From a virus: 64,000 nt of DNA. The position numbers and the translations under genes were made by a program. Location: the IMG/VR virus record IMGVR_UViG_3300045988_026316; one strand, 5' to 3'. Shown here in pieces: positions 43,801 through 59,500 of this stretch. Within the stretch, counting starts at the first letter, position 1; every line of letters begins with the position of its first letter. The notes beneath the pieces are model-generated. The model was not told where the DNA came from and did not search any database. It saw only the letters and a program-made list of their open reading frames with translations.

Positions 43801-46800
43801 TGTTATTTCTGATAAACGTTTATTATAAACATCATAGTTGATTTTAAACTTAACATGATTTTTTATAAATGCGTACCAATCAGAAAGTTCATCAGCTATA
43901 CGTAATGCATCACCTTCTTTTGCTCGTACATTTGTTATTCCGTCTGAATCAACCCATGATTCATAGTGTGAACTAAGAGCATTCTTCTATCTTCGTAATA
44001 CTTCAAGCTACCTCTTCTCTTGAGGAGACAATAAGTTTGTGTTGATAAATCCATCCTTATCACGTATATTTTTGGTTATAAGATTTATATTACGATTTAT
44101 CTGATTCAGAGCAATAAGTGTGGATCTTGACAAATAACGTCTACGCTGTTTATAATAATCAACAGTATATCGTCTATTCGAATGTGTATCCAACCAATCA
44201 TCTAACTCATCGTAATATTGATTATAAACAGACTTATCTGCAAGTTCGTCATCATCATGAAACTAGACATTACCTTCATCGTCGAATGTTATAGCATGAG
44301 CTCCGTATTTATCAACGTTTGAGTATTTCTCATTTAACTATGCAATGATTTCATCACGATCTTTATAGAACTATCCGTAGTTAATAGGTCGTATAAAGTA
44401 TCCAGTTGGAGCACCTTTTTTATCAAGTTCCATGAACTATTTTTGAAAGTTCAATATACTTAATTGAGAGCCTATAGGTCGTATCTCGTTATACATTCTA
44501 ACGAGTTTGTTGCCAACACTTAATGTTTGACGATGAGTTTCAAGATCTGCATTTTTAATAGCATCATCGATCATACGTATAAGTGAAGACCTACTACGAG
44601 AAGCCATACCTATCCAAAATTCACCAGAATTTAGTTGTCCATACATATATGAACCCTCTAAAAACTCATAAGCTCTTTGTCTAAAAGCTGCTTTATCTTT
44701 AAGATCTAATGTATTTACAGTCTGATCTATATAATATTTAGCATATGGATGAAGCAGATGTGTTTTATATGTATCATATAATGTGTTTAACGCTACATTT
44801 AATTGTTGACAATATGCAGCAAGGTCAACTCTACCATCTGGGTTTAAACTATACCAATATTTGTTATACTGAGAAACAGCCGATGTTGGAGATGAAAATA
44901 GTTGATTTATATATGAGAATAATAGCTGATAATGACCTAACAAATCTCGTTCTAGAGATATCAACATATCTGGGTTCCACTCAGAAGGATTCTTATGAAC
45001 AATAGATTGTATATATTGATATACATGTGCGATATCGCTATCAGCATTACGTAACGAATCAAATAGTGCATCATACAAATCTTCAACCTTGTCACCATCA
45101 TATTGTTCAAATCGTTCAATCTGGTTCTTAAGTCTAACTATTAATTTCTCATTACGATTCTTTTTAGCTTGAGAAGCTTTTAAACGACTTGTTGTACTAG
45201 AATGTAGTTTGTGCAATATATCACGATCTTTTTCATTTAACAACAGAGATGATGAATAATCACCAACAGCTCTATCGTATATAATCTGTACATTCTAATC
45301 GTGATGGAGTTCTGCATTCCACATTTGTGCAGCACGTATAGCGTTAATAACTTCTGCTTTTTGTTGATCAGTAATAGTCTTAACACCAAAAACGCTCTTA
45401 GCTAATTTGGTAAGATTATCCCAGAAGCTAGCTATATAATCAAGTATAGACTTGTTGTTTATACGATCGTTGATGTTTTGATCAGTGACGGCATTTACTA
45501 AAGCTCTTTCAAGATATTCAGACGTCCTAGAACCAGTGTCATTGAATATATCTAAGCCTTTTTGAATAAGATCAGAATTCCAAAATAAACGAATATAATC
45601 ACGAGCAATTGCTTTATCAACAGCTACTATATCACATTCAATGAAAGCTTTATATAAAGCTGTTGTTACATTGTTATAATCACTAACACCAGCTACTTCA
45701 TGATATAGCTCGGAATATTTAGAACGATATTTCTACCATGTATCCTCGTTTAGTTGATTTATAGTATATTCTAAAAAATCATCTGTTTTACGATGTCTTG
45801 TTGCAACGTAGATACCATCGACATACTATAAGTTGTAACGATTAGCCAATAACTATTGTACGGACTTAAGAGAATCTTTCATACGATGACTATCATACTC
45901 GACAATCTTAGCAGCTCTTGTTTGATTATCCCAACCTGTTATAGATTTATTTATCTTACTACTAACACTTACGAAAGCATCTTCTTGAGACTTTAGCCAT
46001 CTATCTTTTTCGGATTTAACCTAATCAAATACATCAGATATACTCTTTAAAAACAGTTGGTTGCTTAATGAAAAACGTTGTTCAAAATCAGAAATTGTTT
46101 TAAGCTCAACAAACTACACATCATCTGATAATATCAGTTCTGTGAGTCTTTTAAAACCAATACCTTCAGCCAAGTTTTCAGCTGTGATTTCATATTTCTG
46201 TATGATAGCATTAAACTTAGGAACGCGCTTTAGATACCCGACAATACCTTTAAACAAATCTAAAACTTTATCTCCGAAATTATATTTAGCTTTAGATTTC
46301 TTTTTATCTGAAAAGCGATGTTTAAACTCATCAAATACGTATCTACTCAACGCCTGAGTAACCAACTCTTCATCTTGGTGTTCTTTATACAAAGCGTTTA
46401 TTTCAAGATTCAATTCTTTAAAATTATCCTTTGCAAACGATAAGAGTCTTTTGAATAATTCAGGATTATCCTGCTTAATATTGTATATAAGAACGTGCAA
46501 CATTTCTTCAGCTAGAATCTAACCGTTAAACCTACCAGCACGCAAGTATATTGTATTACCAGCAATGAACGAATTAGCAGATCTTGCTTCAATACCAGTA
46601 CCTTTTCCAACAGACCAATCTGATAACTTATTCCATGTTTCTTCGCCAGCAACAATTATTTTAAACCTGTTTCCAAATACGTCCTATAGCTTTTGTTTAA
46701 AAGCTCTTAGCATATCGTCTGGATTCCCAGGCTTGAATAAGTCACGGGATATTATATCCTTGCGATCTACTGTCAAAGGCTTTTTAGACTAGCTATATGC

Positions 46801-47517
46801 TTGTATAATAGTATAACCACCTTGGAAAAACCATTCATTACCATGTCTTATATATTGACGTGTTGGGTTAATTCCACGATTATTCAAAAGTTGTCTGGCT
46901 TCCTTAACAGCTCTATATGTATGACCAGTTTGTGTTTTGTTTTCCTCAAACCAGTTGATCATTGATTGTACATCAAGACTGTATCGTAAACCACCCTGTA
47001 ACGGACTTATTGTACCGTCTCTGTTGATAGATCTTATGTTATACTGATCTGCAACGTTGACAACAACGTTGTACGAGTCATCATCAACTATAGATAGTGA
47101 TTTATCTAATGTAGATACGTAACATGGATATACGGAAGAACTTGTATCTGATAACGATATTGCCTTATTTGTAAAGGCTGTAGATGGTTCGTTAGACTCA
47201 TAAAACAAAACCCTCGGTTCTCCGTTAGAATCAACAGATGTACTTTTATAATCAAGACCGGTGAGCCAATCTCCAAACCAATCTTTAAAATATTGTGTGT
47301 ATGTTACAGACTTAGCTTTTATAGCCTATGATCGATCTCCATATAACGATTGGAGATTTGAAAACAAAGTAGAGTCGGCTCCGTTAGGAGCCTTATCTAC
47401 CATGTATCCATTATTAAGTGACCATACAGCATATGCACCTACTTCACCTAAAGTAGACACAAGCTCATTAAACTCTTTAGCTACGTCTGGATTACTTAAA
47501 TTAGGACAAAAATACAT
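40822..47517 (-). CDS. giant virion (polyvalent/ejected-type) protein, ~2230 codons, 23 in-frame TAG
   Basis: Twelve track ORFs from 47326..47517 down to 40822..41250 are all in one frame, separated only by TAG. The start is ATG 47517 and the true stop is TGA 40824..40822, next to the terminator. The FKDWFGDW motif is shared with the upstream giant gene. Confidence 0.75.
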
Positions 47518-47518
47518 A

Positions 47519-50500
47519 TTAATTACCTTTACAATGTTTCATAATATCATCGTTAAACAACGATTGTTGACGAGAATCATCATACTTAACATCAATAGAT
47601 TTGATTATAGGAATTGCAACGTCGTCATATGACTTTTTCTAACAACGCTTCTAAAGCTCAAAACCTATATAGTGTGCGACAAGTCCTCTAGCGTCATCAT
47701 AATTCATATAATCTGCAAGCATTAGTAAAATACTATTTGGCACAGTACCAAAGCTTAAAAGATTAAATAATGCTTCTCGGTCATATGAATACAGTATTCG
47801 TGATATCTTTTCACGTACTACTTTATCAGAAACCTCTAAATAGTTATCAGCATTAAAAATATTAGCAGCTATATTTATCGCATCAATGAGCGATACTCCA
47901 GTTATGAACGTTTCTCCTGTTATAACAGGTGTTATATATTGTTCTTCATTTGGAGAAATAGCTTTTATTTTATCTATAGCGCGCTAGACATCATCAGATA
48001 GTTCGATATCATTATCATGTTCAACAAAACCTGTTATGTGTAGTTTATTCCATAATGGTAAATGCGCATCTGATTCGTTATACGCAACTTCAGCGTTACT
48101 TGTTATGAAATCCCTCAGCGGCATATGATTAAAGTCTTTTAATGTCAGAGTTTCAATGTCTGCATAAGACCAATCAGAGAATGTTTGCTTAAGGCTCTAC
48201 CAGAACTTAAGAATCCAATCCTTAAGCTTGGATATTATATCAGAAGATCCTTGCTTAGCTTCAATCTCTGAAATAAGTTTAGCACCGCCTTCACCAACAA
48301 GCCTTGCATGAACCTCAGAAGCAATCATAAACTCACGCTGTGCATCAGACATATTAGACCACTTCTTACCATAGAACTCACTATTAGCTATTTCATTCCA
48401 AAGCTTACCACCATTGAATTGTTTCATTAACTCAACACCACGTATCCACAAAGATGGGTTTTTCAGAGCCACAACTCTATCCCAAATGTGCGTATATTCA
48501 TGTATAGGATGTTCTGGCTTAATCTTATTTTTATCAAGATGTATAATACCAGCGTCATCAACATATCCATAGACAACACCTTTTGAATCTTTAAAGAAGT
48601 GAATGTTGTTATTAGTTCTTGAGAAAGTTGTATTTTCTCCACCAGCTGATTTAATTTGATTAGGAGATATGAAACTATAAGAAATACCACCTCCTTCTGC
48701 TTTATTTTCATATTTTGTGCCATCGTATCCTAAAGAAAGCATTAACTTTCTTAATTCAGAATTAGATATTCCTCTAAGAGACGAATATCTCTCTCTAGAA
48801 ATAATGCCTTGTTTATATAACTCTGACAACATATAACTTGCAGTTTCATGTACAAAATCATCTGTATACAGTGGGTTTCTTGCGTTGAGGAATAAAGCAA
48901 GTTGATTACCTTTAATCGTATTAGCAGTTTCCTGTGTTCCTACATGGCCAAAAGGTTCTGACATACCTGGAAGAATCCTTGACTCGTGATCCATGTCAAA
49001 TACGCTAAACTTAAAAGGAGTATTGTGGTACACTACCAACGGTTCACCATTCTCATCAATTACTTTCGATGCATTCTTAGGATCATTCTACCAATCACCA
49101 AACCAATCTTTAAACTCTCTAGTTCTTACTTGAGCATATAGACGTTCTGGTAAATTAGATGGTTTACCATTAGGAGCTAACAGTCTACCTTTAGAATCTC
49201 TTGGAGCTTCATCTAAGATAGTCTACAATCTCTGTTCATAATCATCTGTTTCAGTAGAAATAGTATTCGGTCGTTCTATAGCAAACTGATAATCTTCATT
49301 CCTTTCAATATCATTCTTGTCGATACCGTATACAGTAAAACCACTATCTTTAAGGTGTTGAACAAGTTGTTCTGTTACTGATTTTTCAGAGCTATCAGTG
49401 CTAGTAGGTGTACTTGTTTGAGGTTGAGTAGTACTCTGGGATTTACGTAACTCGTCACGAACCTCCATTAATAATCTTGGGAATTCAGTCTTCCATTTAG
49501 ATTCATCTTGGTTATGCGTGAGTGTAGCATTACCAGTGTCGAGAAGCCTTTGAGCTGCTTGAGGATTTTGTTCAAAAGATTCTTTAAGCAGCTGTTTCAT
49601 GACATTATAAGAATTAGCATCCCATTTAGTAACATCCAATTCTTTTATCTTATGCCCAAGATTCCTCAATTTTGATCCAGATGTTGTGTTCATTATATCA
49701 TTAAGGGTGGTACTATTAACACCTTGTTTTGCAAACAATGCTCCTTTAATATAATGAAACGCCTGTTCTACAGATTGGAATGTCTTCTGAGTACTATCTT
49801 CGAATGTATGAACAAACGGTCTTATTGCAAAGTTACTTAATTCAGCATTTTCTTCAGATTTAAAGTATATATTGATAGGTTTATAGTTTGACTAAGTCTG
49901 TTGCTGAGTCTTATTAGCAGTACTTGGTTGATTACCAGTATTGATAGGTTGTGCTTGATCATCATCAGTAATAGCTGCTGCTACACCACCAGTTTGCTCT
50001 GTTCGTAGATCATTCAATATTGCAGTATACTCATCTCCGAAATTCTTTTTTATTGCAGGTAGTTGATTTATAAAATCTGCTGATTCTACAAAGGCTCGTA
50101 ATGCACCTTGGTTTACAACATACTCTGTACTAGATGGAGTTGAATCATTACGACCATATTCTGTAACCATGAATCCTCCAGATACTTTAGTACCCTTAGG
50201 CTGTACGAGCACATATACAGGATACATAATACCACTATCGTGTCTTGCAAATCCATATAGTTGATATACATTATATTGACGCTGTGAATCATAGTGGTTA
50301 TACGAACGTGGTATCTTTATGAACTTTGGTGAGCTTTCAACTGCAATACTAGGTTCATACATACCCTCATCATTCTTTTTAAGAGCTGCTAATATTGTAG
50401 GATAAGCTGATAACGTTTGCTTATTACCATTAACAATATTCATCTTAGCGACACCTATAAAGTTAGAAGACCTCTTACCATTAGCATCTTTTGAATAGAA

Positions 50501-53500
50501 TTGATATGTAGGAACAAGTTTGTTATCATACCAATTATTCAAAAGAACATCATTAAGATCAACAGTAGGAATAGAATTGAGCTATACTAGTTTTCTATTG
50601 ATGAAATCTGCATAACCGCTCTTCTTACGCCAAGATGCTGGTACATACTTAAACATCTTTGTAAAACCTTGAGTATCTCCAGATGTTATGAAAGCGTATA
50701 CAACAAGATCTCTTGCAAAATTACGTATATATTCAGCTACTTGCGGTTGTTTATCATTCTAATATTCCAACAACTCATTCCAAGCGTTGATTATATAGTT
50801 CGTATTAATACCACCATCATCAACAAAGTTTTGAAGCTTGACAAACTTCAGATCATCATACGTATCAGGACGTTCTCCAAGAACAGCATCTTTGGGAGAA
50901 TATTTAACTCGTTTTCCAGGGATAAGCATTTCTAACAATAGATTACCCTGTAAATCAGAATAGTTACTGTTATGATATATCATAGGTTTGAGACGAGATA
51001 ATCTGTCAAAAATAGTATTAGCTCCTCCAAGTAATCTACATACTCCGTTAAAATTACCATTTATAGATATATTCAGCTGAATCTTATCGTCTTTTGCTGT
51101 CAACACCTTTAACGGAAGTGCATTGCCGTTTTTATCACGAGGAATATATTGTTGAGGATTTCCATCTTTATCCTTGTACCAAAGTAGTATAGGTTGTCCA
51201 ACATAACTCTTTAAAGAATGCTTATTGCCAGTAATTGACATACTATTTGTAGAAGCATCATAAGAGAATTCAAGATCTTCAGAACTAGAGTTGACAAGAT
51301 CGTGCATATATCTTGGATTATCAGATATTCTAGAAACATAATCATTGAAGAACTATGACTTAATAGCTGCAGACAATGCCTTTTGTGCTGATTGTGCAAA
51401 TGATACAGATAATGATGTATTACCAGCCATTGTATTCAGCTAACGTAACATTTGTATGAATCCCGTAGTTGATGACATAAATTGTCCTCCGAGTATAACT
51501 TTTGTTAGCGAAATTGCATTTCTAGTCTTCGTACCAACATAACTATGTTCAACCAGATCTAACAATCCAGCAGGTTCGAACAATGCACCAACATCTCCTT
51601 TCTTAATCAATACGCCATCTTCGTCTGTAGCAAATTCAAACAGTTCGTCAAAACCTTCTTTATATACAAGTTGTTCAGCAGCACTCTTACCATGCTTTTT
51701 AGTATCAATCTTACAGTATTTAACAAGGTTTGCTAAAGCATTTGCGTACTTGCTAAATTGAACGTATGCGAGATAAATACCTAGCTGACGAGACTTTAGG
51801 CCTTTTTGATCAGCGACATCATTTCCTTGTGCATAATCCCTAGCGTCTTGTTTAAATTGTTCACTCTCAAACAACTTCTTTATAGCTTCATTTATAGCCT
51901 ATATAGACTCTTTGTCACCAGCATCTATTAAACTTAATGCATCATCAAGAGTGTTACCATCGAATGTTACATCTTTACCAAAATACTGTTCAGCAACATC
52001 TTTAATAGACTACTGTTGTCTGCTATACGTAGATCCGTTCTATTGCATGTATTGAGACGAAGCTTTTACATAAGCATCAGCCATTTGTTTCATAATAGGC
52101 TGAGTTAAGAAGTAGAATGTGTTTCCGCCCCATCCTGTACGTAATAACAGGTTTGTAATATTATACGAGAATGGATTGACATTAAGTCTGGATATCCAAG
52201 GATCTTTAGCGATATCTACGTGGGCATTGATCATAGCTGAAATCCATGACATGATTGAGTTACCATCAACATCAAGTTGCTTATCAAGTCTACTTAATCC
52301 AAGCGTGCTTAAGAGACTTGACTGGGATTCTCTGAATGATATATGATATATCATTGTTAGGATTTGATTATTGTTGTTCAATGCAAACGGTCCAATACCA
52401 ACCTTACCTGTGATATAATCGTTCTTAGATGCTGTTTGACGAGCTAATGAGTAGAATGAATATGGAGATTCTATTTTAGATTTACCAGAACCCTCTATAT
52501 CTTTAAGAACACTCTTAGCTAAGTCAGTATCGTTATCAATAGATCTATGTAATATCTGTACGTTACGAGGTCCGCCATTATCCTTTTTATCGATAAGTAA
52601 CGCCAAATACATGTCGATAATCTTATTCTGAAGTCGATGTTCCTCTGTGAGTTCAGATTCCTTAACAAGACGTTGTTCTACATAACCATATATGTTTTCA
52701 ACACCCTCGGTCTTATAATTAAGACCTGATAAAAATAATTTATCAATATCCATTTATATTAACTTATACTTACGTATAAGATTAGACTATATCTTCACAC
52801 TTACGTGTGTTTCCAATTTCCACATTACTGTGTACATCCAACGAACGTCTTCGTTGGCTCAAATCATAAGTTATTTTATGTATCATAGACGGTACTTGTA
52901 ATACATATGGTTTTACTATATTTATAAATTTAACACCTTCTTTTGTACCACAACACAATGAATACGAATCTTCTTTATGACCTTCATGAAACATATAAAA
53001 TGATATGTCCCATACTTCTTTAAAATAATCAATAAGAATTTGAGTATCATGTTTTGTAGTACAAGTAGATATTTTAATATAGAAACCCATCTGTCTACCA
53101 TCTTTGGTCTTACGTATATTTATATGACCATCGTCCATATACCAAATAGCTATCCCTTTAGCATCTAATCGATTTAGCAATTTACGATTAGCTATTTGTT
53201 TTATTGGTTTATAAAACACTCTACGTAATACTTTAGTAAACGGTATAATGTTTAATTGTGTATATACAACATCAGACCCTTTATTATATCCTGCAACACA
53301 GGTGTATGATTTACAACCATTGTTACGAATACCAGCATTATTTAATTGTTTTATCTACCACTCAAGATAATCTTGTTGTTTATATGAACGAGCTATCTTA
53401 TATACATTATTTTTAGAAATCGTACCATCGCCTATTAGCATTGCGATTAGTAAATTTCTACTATCTTTATTAAATTTAGTTTTCATAACGATAAACGTAT

Positions 53501-56500
53501 GTTATTTATGATTTGACATTAGTCGTTGAACCTTCTTCTATAAACGTATACTATAGAAGCTTGGCTGCTGATTATCCATGTAATATGGACTTCCCAGCAA
53601 TTAAAGAAATTTAATGACTCCAATATTTTAAAGTCAGAACCAGTAATCTTTGTAAACTCTTCTGGTAGAATAACAGTATCGTTAACAACGGGAATTACAT
53701 CGACACATCTTAATGCATGGATTGAAGACTGTGCCTGCGTAGGAATACGATATGCTAATATATTTGCTTTAGCCTCTTCTCCGATTATACCGTTGTTAAT
53801 AAGCCACTAACGAGCCTCTTCAAAAGATAATTGACGTTTTTCTAGTTTTGTTTTATATATGGTGTTGCCATCCTTATCAACCTTAATATTACCGTCTTTA
53901 TCCTTAAGAGGTATTTTTGCTCCATCCTTTGTTAACTCAAACGTTCGTTTTGTTTGTATATCAAAATCTCCAAGAAGCTTCTTAAAGTAGTCTATTGATA
54001 ATACGCAGTCCATAGAACCCTCTTTGTTTATCATCTACAGACGCTTACCGTTGTATAAAGTTACATTATTGTCTCCAACTATACCGCCATCACTACGTTC
54101 AAAAAGCTTAGATCCCTACATTCCCCATACAGATCTTTGAATAAACGCAGCACCAGGAGTTTTCGTATCAATAACTTCTCCATTGATCTTAGCAATAAGT
54201 TTACTCTCTAAGAAGTTAGAAGACTACACAGCATCTACAGGCATTGATAAACGATAACCAGATTTCTCGTCACCTTCAACCTGAAGTGATGATAATAAGT
54301 TTATATTTGGATCATCACTCTTGATCATATCAAGAACAGTTTCAATAAACTTCTTCTAATCTATTACAACCCTTGATAGATTACCATCATCAATAACTTT
54401 TCCGTCTCCATCTATAATCTGTCCGTCTTCATTGGTTTTGAAGAATTGTTTCATTACATTCTACATACCAATGTCTGACAACCTGTTCATAGAATTCATG
54501 ATTGTATCTAAGAGATCTTGTCCTTTTATCTTAGTTCCATCACGTAATACATAATAGTTATTGACATTCAAGTTACTCATTACAATTTTAGTAGCTTGAG
54601 TACCGATGTTCATGTATTTTTTCTCATTCGGATCAGTATTCAACTGCTTACGTAAATACTTAAAACGTTGTTCGTATGAGTTGAATTTAAATGTATCTAA
54701 GAACAATGGCTTTTCATCTCCTTCGACACTGGAGTAATCATCCCATTTAATAGGCTGAGATCCTTGCGAACCAACTTTAATAGCAGAGTTAATCTTTAGT
54801 TGATCAACACCTTGTTTTTTCATTGCATGGAATATGTTGGCTGTACGACCATATGCAATACTTTCAAAAATCGGGAACAATGCATACTTATCGTAATACG
54901 TAATCATTATTCCAGTTTTAGGATCTCTACGACGTCCAAATGCAGTATATTTCTGAGTACCGATGACTGTTGTAACAATTTTGTTATACGCATTCAATTT
55001 AGTACGAACAGTATATATATTACCACTACGTAAAATCTTAAATGCTTCTTCAATATCACTGCTCCAAGAACCAACCATTCTCAGCAAAGCTTCGCACATT
55101 TCATCAGTTATGTACGCACCACCATCAGCAACATCTATACCATCGAGTTTTTCATCCTTAGACAACCTATAACTATCTATAACAGATTTAGCCTTCTTTT
55201 TTATAACAGCAATAATACCTTTGTGCTTTGATTCTAGAAGTTTTTCGATCTCTTCATCACTCATGCGTTCAAGCTGGCTGTCAACTTCATTACGAGCTTT
55301 TTGTTCAAGATTATATTTGCGCCTACTAGCTTGTATATCAGTCTCATCTTTATATTTTTTGAAACCCTCCAACTCTTTTTCAATATACTCATCACATAAC
55401 ATTGAATAAGCAGTCTGTCTAAGCTGACCAGTATATACAAGAGGTCTCATATATTCAACCTGGGGAGACTCAATCATTTCATTATCAACCTCTGCTGATA
55501 CATAAACACCTTTCTGATAACGATCTGGTAACCCAACAAGACCTTCGAAGTTATTTGTTCCAGTGGAAACCATACCACCAAGACGTTTAAGCTCATCGAC
55601 AGTTCTATCAATCAAGTTACCATCATCATCGTATTTCCACTTATAGAAAGCAGGATTTCCAGCAAACAATCGCTCAACCTCATGTCCAGATATCAAAGCT
55701 TTGTTAGAAAGATCGTTGATATAAGCAACTATTGCTTGGTTAAGTATCTTATCACGTTGTACCTGATCTTTTTCTTGTCCCTTCTTGATATTATATTTAG
55801 CACATATAGCACTATAAATACCTTCAATGGCACTATTGTTTAAACCTATATTTTTAATAACATAGTTCTTCTTGTTATCAAGTCCGATGACATCGATAAG
55901 GCCTAAATCTGCAAGATTCTGTATCTCATTTCTGGTATTATGATCAAGATTTCTAGCGATTAGTCTACGTTGTTCAGAAATAGGTTTACTAAAGAAGTGC
56001 TCTTCAGCTGTTTTAATATTATCTTTATATGTATGGCCATCCTTTTTATCATTAAATGACACAAATACCTCATCGCCATTATTATCAAGCTCCCACACAC
56101 CAAGTAGTGATGAGAATCTAGCACCTTGTTCTTTGGTATAATAGTTTGCAACAGCTGTAGATTTAGTGCCGTCTTCATTCATCTAATCAAGAGCTTTTTC
56201 AGCATCTTTAACAGATTGATATTCAGAATAAGCATAGCTCATAAACAGATCTATAACATCTTCTTGTTGCATGATGTTTCCATCAATCATACCTATACTT
56301 TCAGCAATTTCAGGTACAGATAATATTGTTCCGTTTGGAGCATACATCTTGAGATAATCAATTCCAGGAAGTTTTATTCCACTAACGAATGTCCAAGATT
56401 TTTTATCAGACAATGTTGGCATTATAACACCACCTGACTCAAGTATACAAAGTTTTGATATACAGTCTTCAGTATGACTTATGTCAAAATAATCCGAACC

Positions 56501-59500
56501 AATATCATCTTTATTATCCGTTCTAAAACCAATAAAGTTGTGTAATCCAATACGAAGATTCGGGTTGTTTGATAACTGGTCCAATACGTATGATCCGATG
56601 AAATGTTTTCCTCCAAAAGCATCATCCTCAAGCTTTCTATATATGAATGGATCACGACCATCTGTTAACTCTACGAAATCAGAGTTTCGCATGTTTAGAT
56701 CATGCACAACATCAGACATATAGTTATTATCAGACATCAGATAGAATTTGTTCTTACCCGTGCCTAACACTGTCAACTGGTCTGAATTATGTCTATAATT
56801 ATAAACCCACGTTGCCAGATTTTTAGTAAATGCAAATCTGTCATATATAGTCTCCAACATAACCTTGCCAGATCCCCTTAACGAATACGCCATGTTGTCA
56901 TCAACATTAAGCTTTCCGTTTTTACTTATGTCACGTAAGAATTGTAAGAATGACGTCGGTGAGTCTTCGATATTTGTAGAAGACAACATCTAGTTCAGTG
57001 CTTTGTAATTAACAGAACCGTATTTATTAAACAATATCCAATCAAATACAGGCCTTGTTATATTGATTCCAACAGCATTTAAACCACTTACAAGTCTATC
57101 TAACGCCATATCGAAATCATCCTTACGTCCAGGGCTATCCAGATATTTAATTTCATATACAGGCTTTCCGGCTTCTTTACTCTTCTTAGCATTGTACTGA
57201 CGTACAGGGAATAAGTAAATCTCTCCTTTAGGTCTTCCTGTATGAGGCCAAGATGCTCTCCAGGCAACCCATTGTTTTAAACCAACAATGTTTGCAGCCT
57301 AACCGTTCTTAAGCGTAACCTGTTTGTTAGAGTCAATCATATCAGCAATACTAGTAAACATCGTACTAGCATTCCTGTTTCTAGGATTAAGAACACGACG
57401 TCCATACTGGTCTATAGATACTAAATCAGTACCTCCATTTGCTAACTAAGCACTCCATTGTAATGAATATTCACGAGCAGAATACTCTGTTCCTGAAGGA
57501 GTTAATGTCAATTTATAAAGACCGAACGGAGCTTCTGACTTAGCTAATTCTTTATTGTATTGAGAACGTACAATATCAAAATTATATTTATTCGATCTGA
57601 TGTTTGATACTAGCTGTACAAACAATGCTTCTGCGTCTGCGTCACCTTTATCAACCTTCTACTTAAGGGCCTTTAATTTTGTGTAAGCAACGTAAAATAA
57701 TCCATTGGACATGCTTGCATTACGCAACGTATCCAATAATTGCTGTACGTTTTCACAATCATGACATAGGTTAAGTATCATGTTGTACGCAATATTCATA
57801 GGTACATATTGCGGTAGTCCATACTTGTTAAGCTTATTTATAACTTTATATTGAACTAAACCGTCTTTATATACCAATTTACCCTTTTCAGTAAGTGGTT
57901 TTAGCTCACAATCAGCTATTGTTGAAAAGAAGAACTTAACACGAGATGATGATTTATCAAATCTACTGAATTCAAAACTTTGTCTTGTATGTTCTCCAAT
58001 ATCATTTCCAACAGAAGATCCTGCATCAGATGCGTCTCTTGAATCACGTTCAATACGTTCATGAAAATCGGTTGAAATACTTGAAATACGTGATGCCATA
58101 TCTCTTCTTAACTCAACAGCATCAAATTTTTCAAGAATCTCTCCCATACCAAGCTGAGCTGGAGTTTTATATTCACCATGTCCGAGTATATCTAATCCAG
58201 ACTTATATAGACTTTCAACACCTTTTTCGAATGTTTCTTTATTGATATGTTTTCCAATATTTGCAATATTCGAACCATCGTCTTTAACATCGAATCCGTG
58301 CATGATACAGAACTTTGCAGTCTCCATTAGATTGTCAAACATATCATCACTAATGATATTTGAAAACTCAATACCGTGGTTTTTATAATACAAACCGCCA
58401 AATAGATCATTAAATCTCTATACAGACTTCTTGTCAGGTTCTATTCCAGCATATTTACCTCGTATTATAGCTGCATACAAATTATTAAGATTTCTATCAC
58501 TTCTTTGACTAAAGCTTAATATGAAATCTCTTATATTGTTAATAGCACCTTTTATCCGAGTTTTAATACGACCATCACCTTCTTTTTGCTCAACATACCA
58601 TTTAGAATAGTTCATGAACCTATCTGCAAGAAGCTCAGCAACTTCTCTTATAGCATTCTTACGAATAGCATCATCTTTGCTATGGATATCCAAATTGTTA
58701 CGTTTTGCATAGTACTCATATAAGTCATCACGTATTGCTGCAGGAACACATAATTCAAATGCAAAGTGGAACGCCTCGTGAAAATCAACTCTATCTGGAG
58801 CGTATTCGCTAAGTACAATGGCAGATGATTTACAAATACCCAACACAGACGGGTCACGCATTGCATTAGATATAAGGTTCTTTCTGAATTCGATCTTACC
58901 TTCAAATTGCTTACCAAGTATCGTTGTTATACGACGTTGTGCTTTTGCTTTACTTATATGAGTTTTACTAGGCTCTTTCTGCTTATAAAAAACAACACTT
59001 GATTCATCAGTATTATCTATTTGAGATTCGCTAAGTCCTTCATCAGAATCATTATCAGGCATTTGTTCAGCCCAATCTTGATTCGTAGTATAATCATCAG
59101 GATTTATACCAGGATCTGGTTTAGAGTATCCTTCCGGTTTAACTTCAGGGTCTTCTTGAACTTGAACATCTGGTTGTATAGGGCTGTTTGCACCAGTGTT
59201 AGAGGGTGCCTAGTTTGGATCTACAGTTGATATATCTGTAATATACATATTAGGTGGTGCAAAACCAGCACAGTCTGTTAAAAATACACCGTGTTTAACA
59301 TACCACCCAAGGCCACTCAATCCACTATAATCATCAACAGCTTTAAAATCAGACATATCAAATGTCAATGTTTCAGTAACCTTGAACTATTGCTAATCTG
59401 GATGTTGTATAAACCAATCTCTAATTGCTTTTATAGGAAGTGTATTGTCTTTATTAGAACCAAGTCTAGCTAACATGAAACTATGTTGCTCAGGTATGGT

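Noticed and set aside
52751-53629. The LAGLIDADG insert in the polymerase read as an intein.
   Set aside because: The host frame hits TAA 36 codons into the insert, and the endonuclease has its own ATG in a separate context. Clear group I elements (P1 guide, R and S boxes, terminal G) are present.
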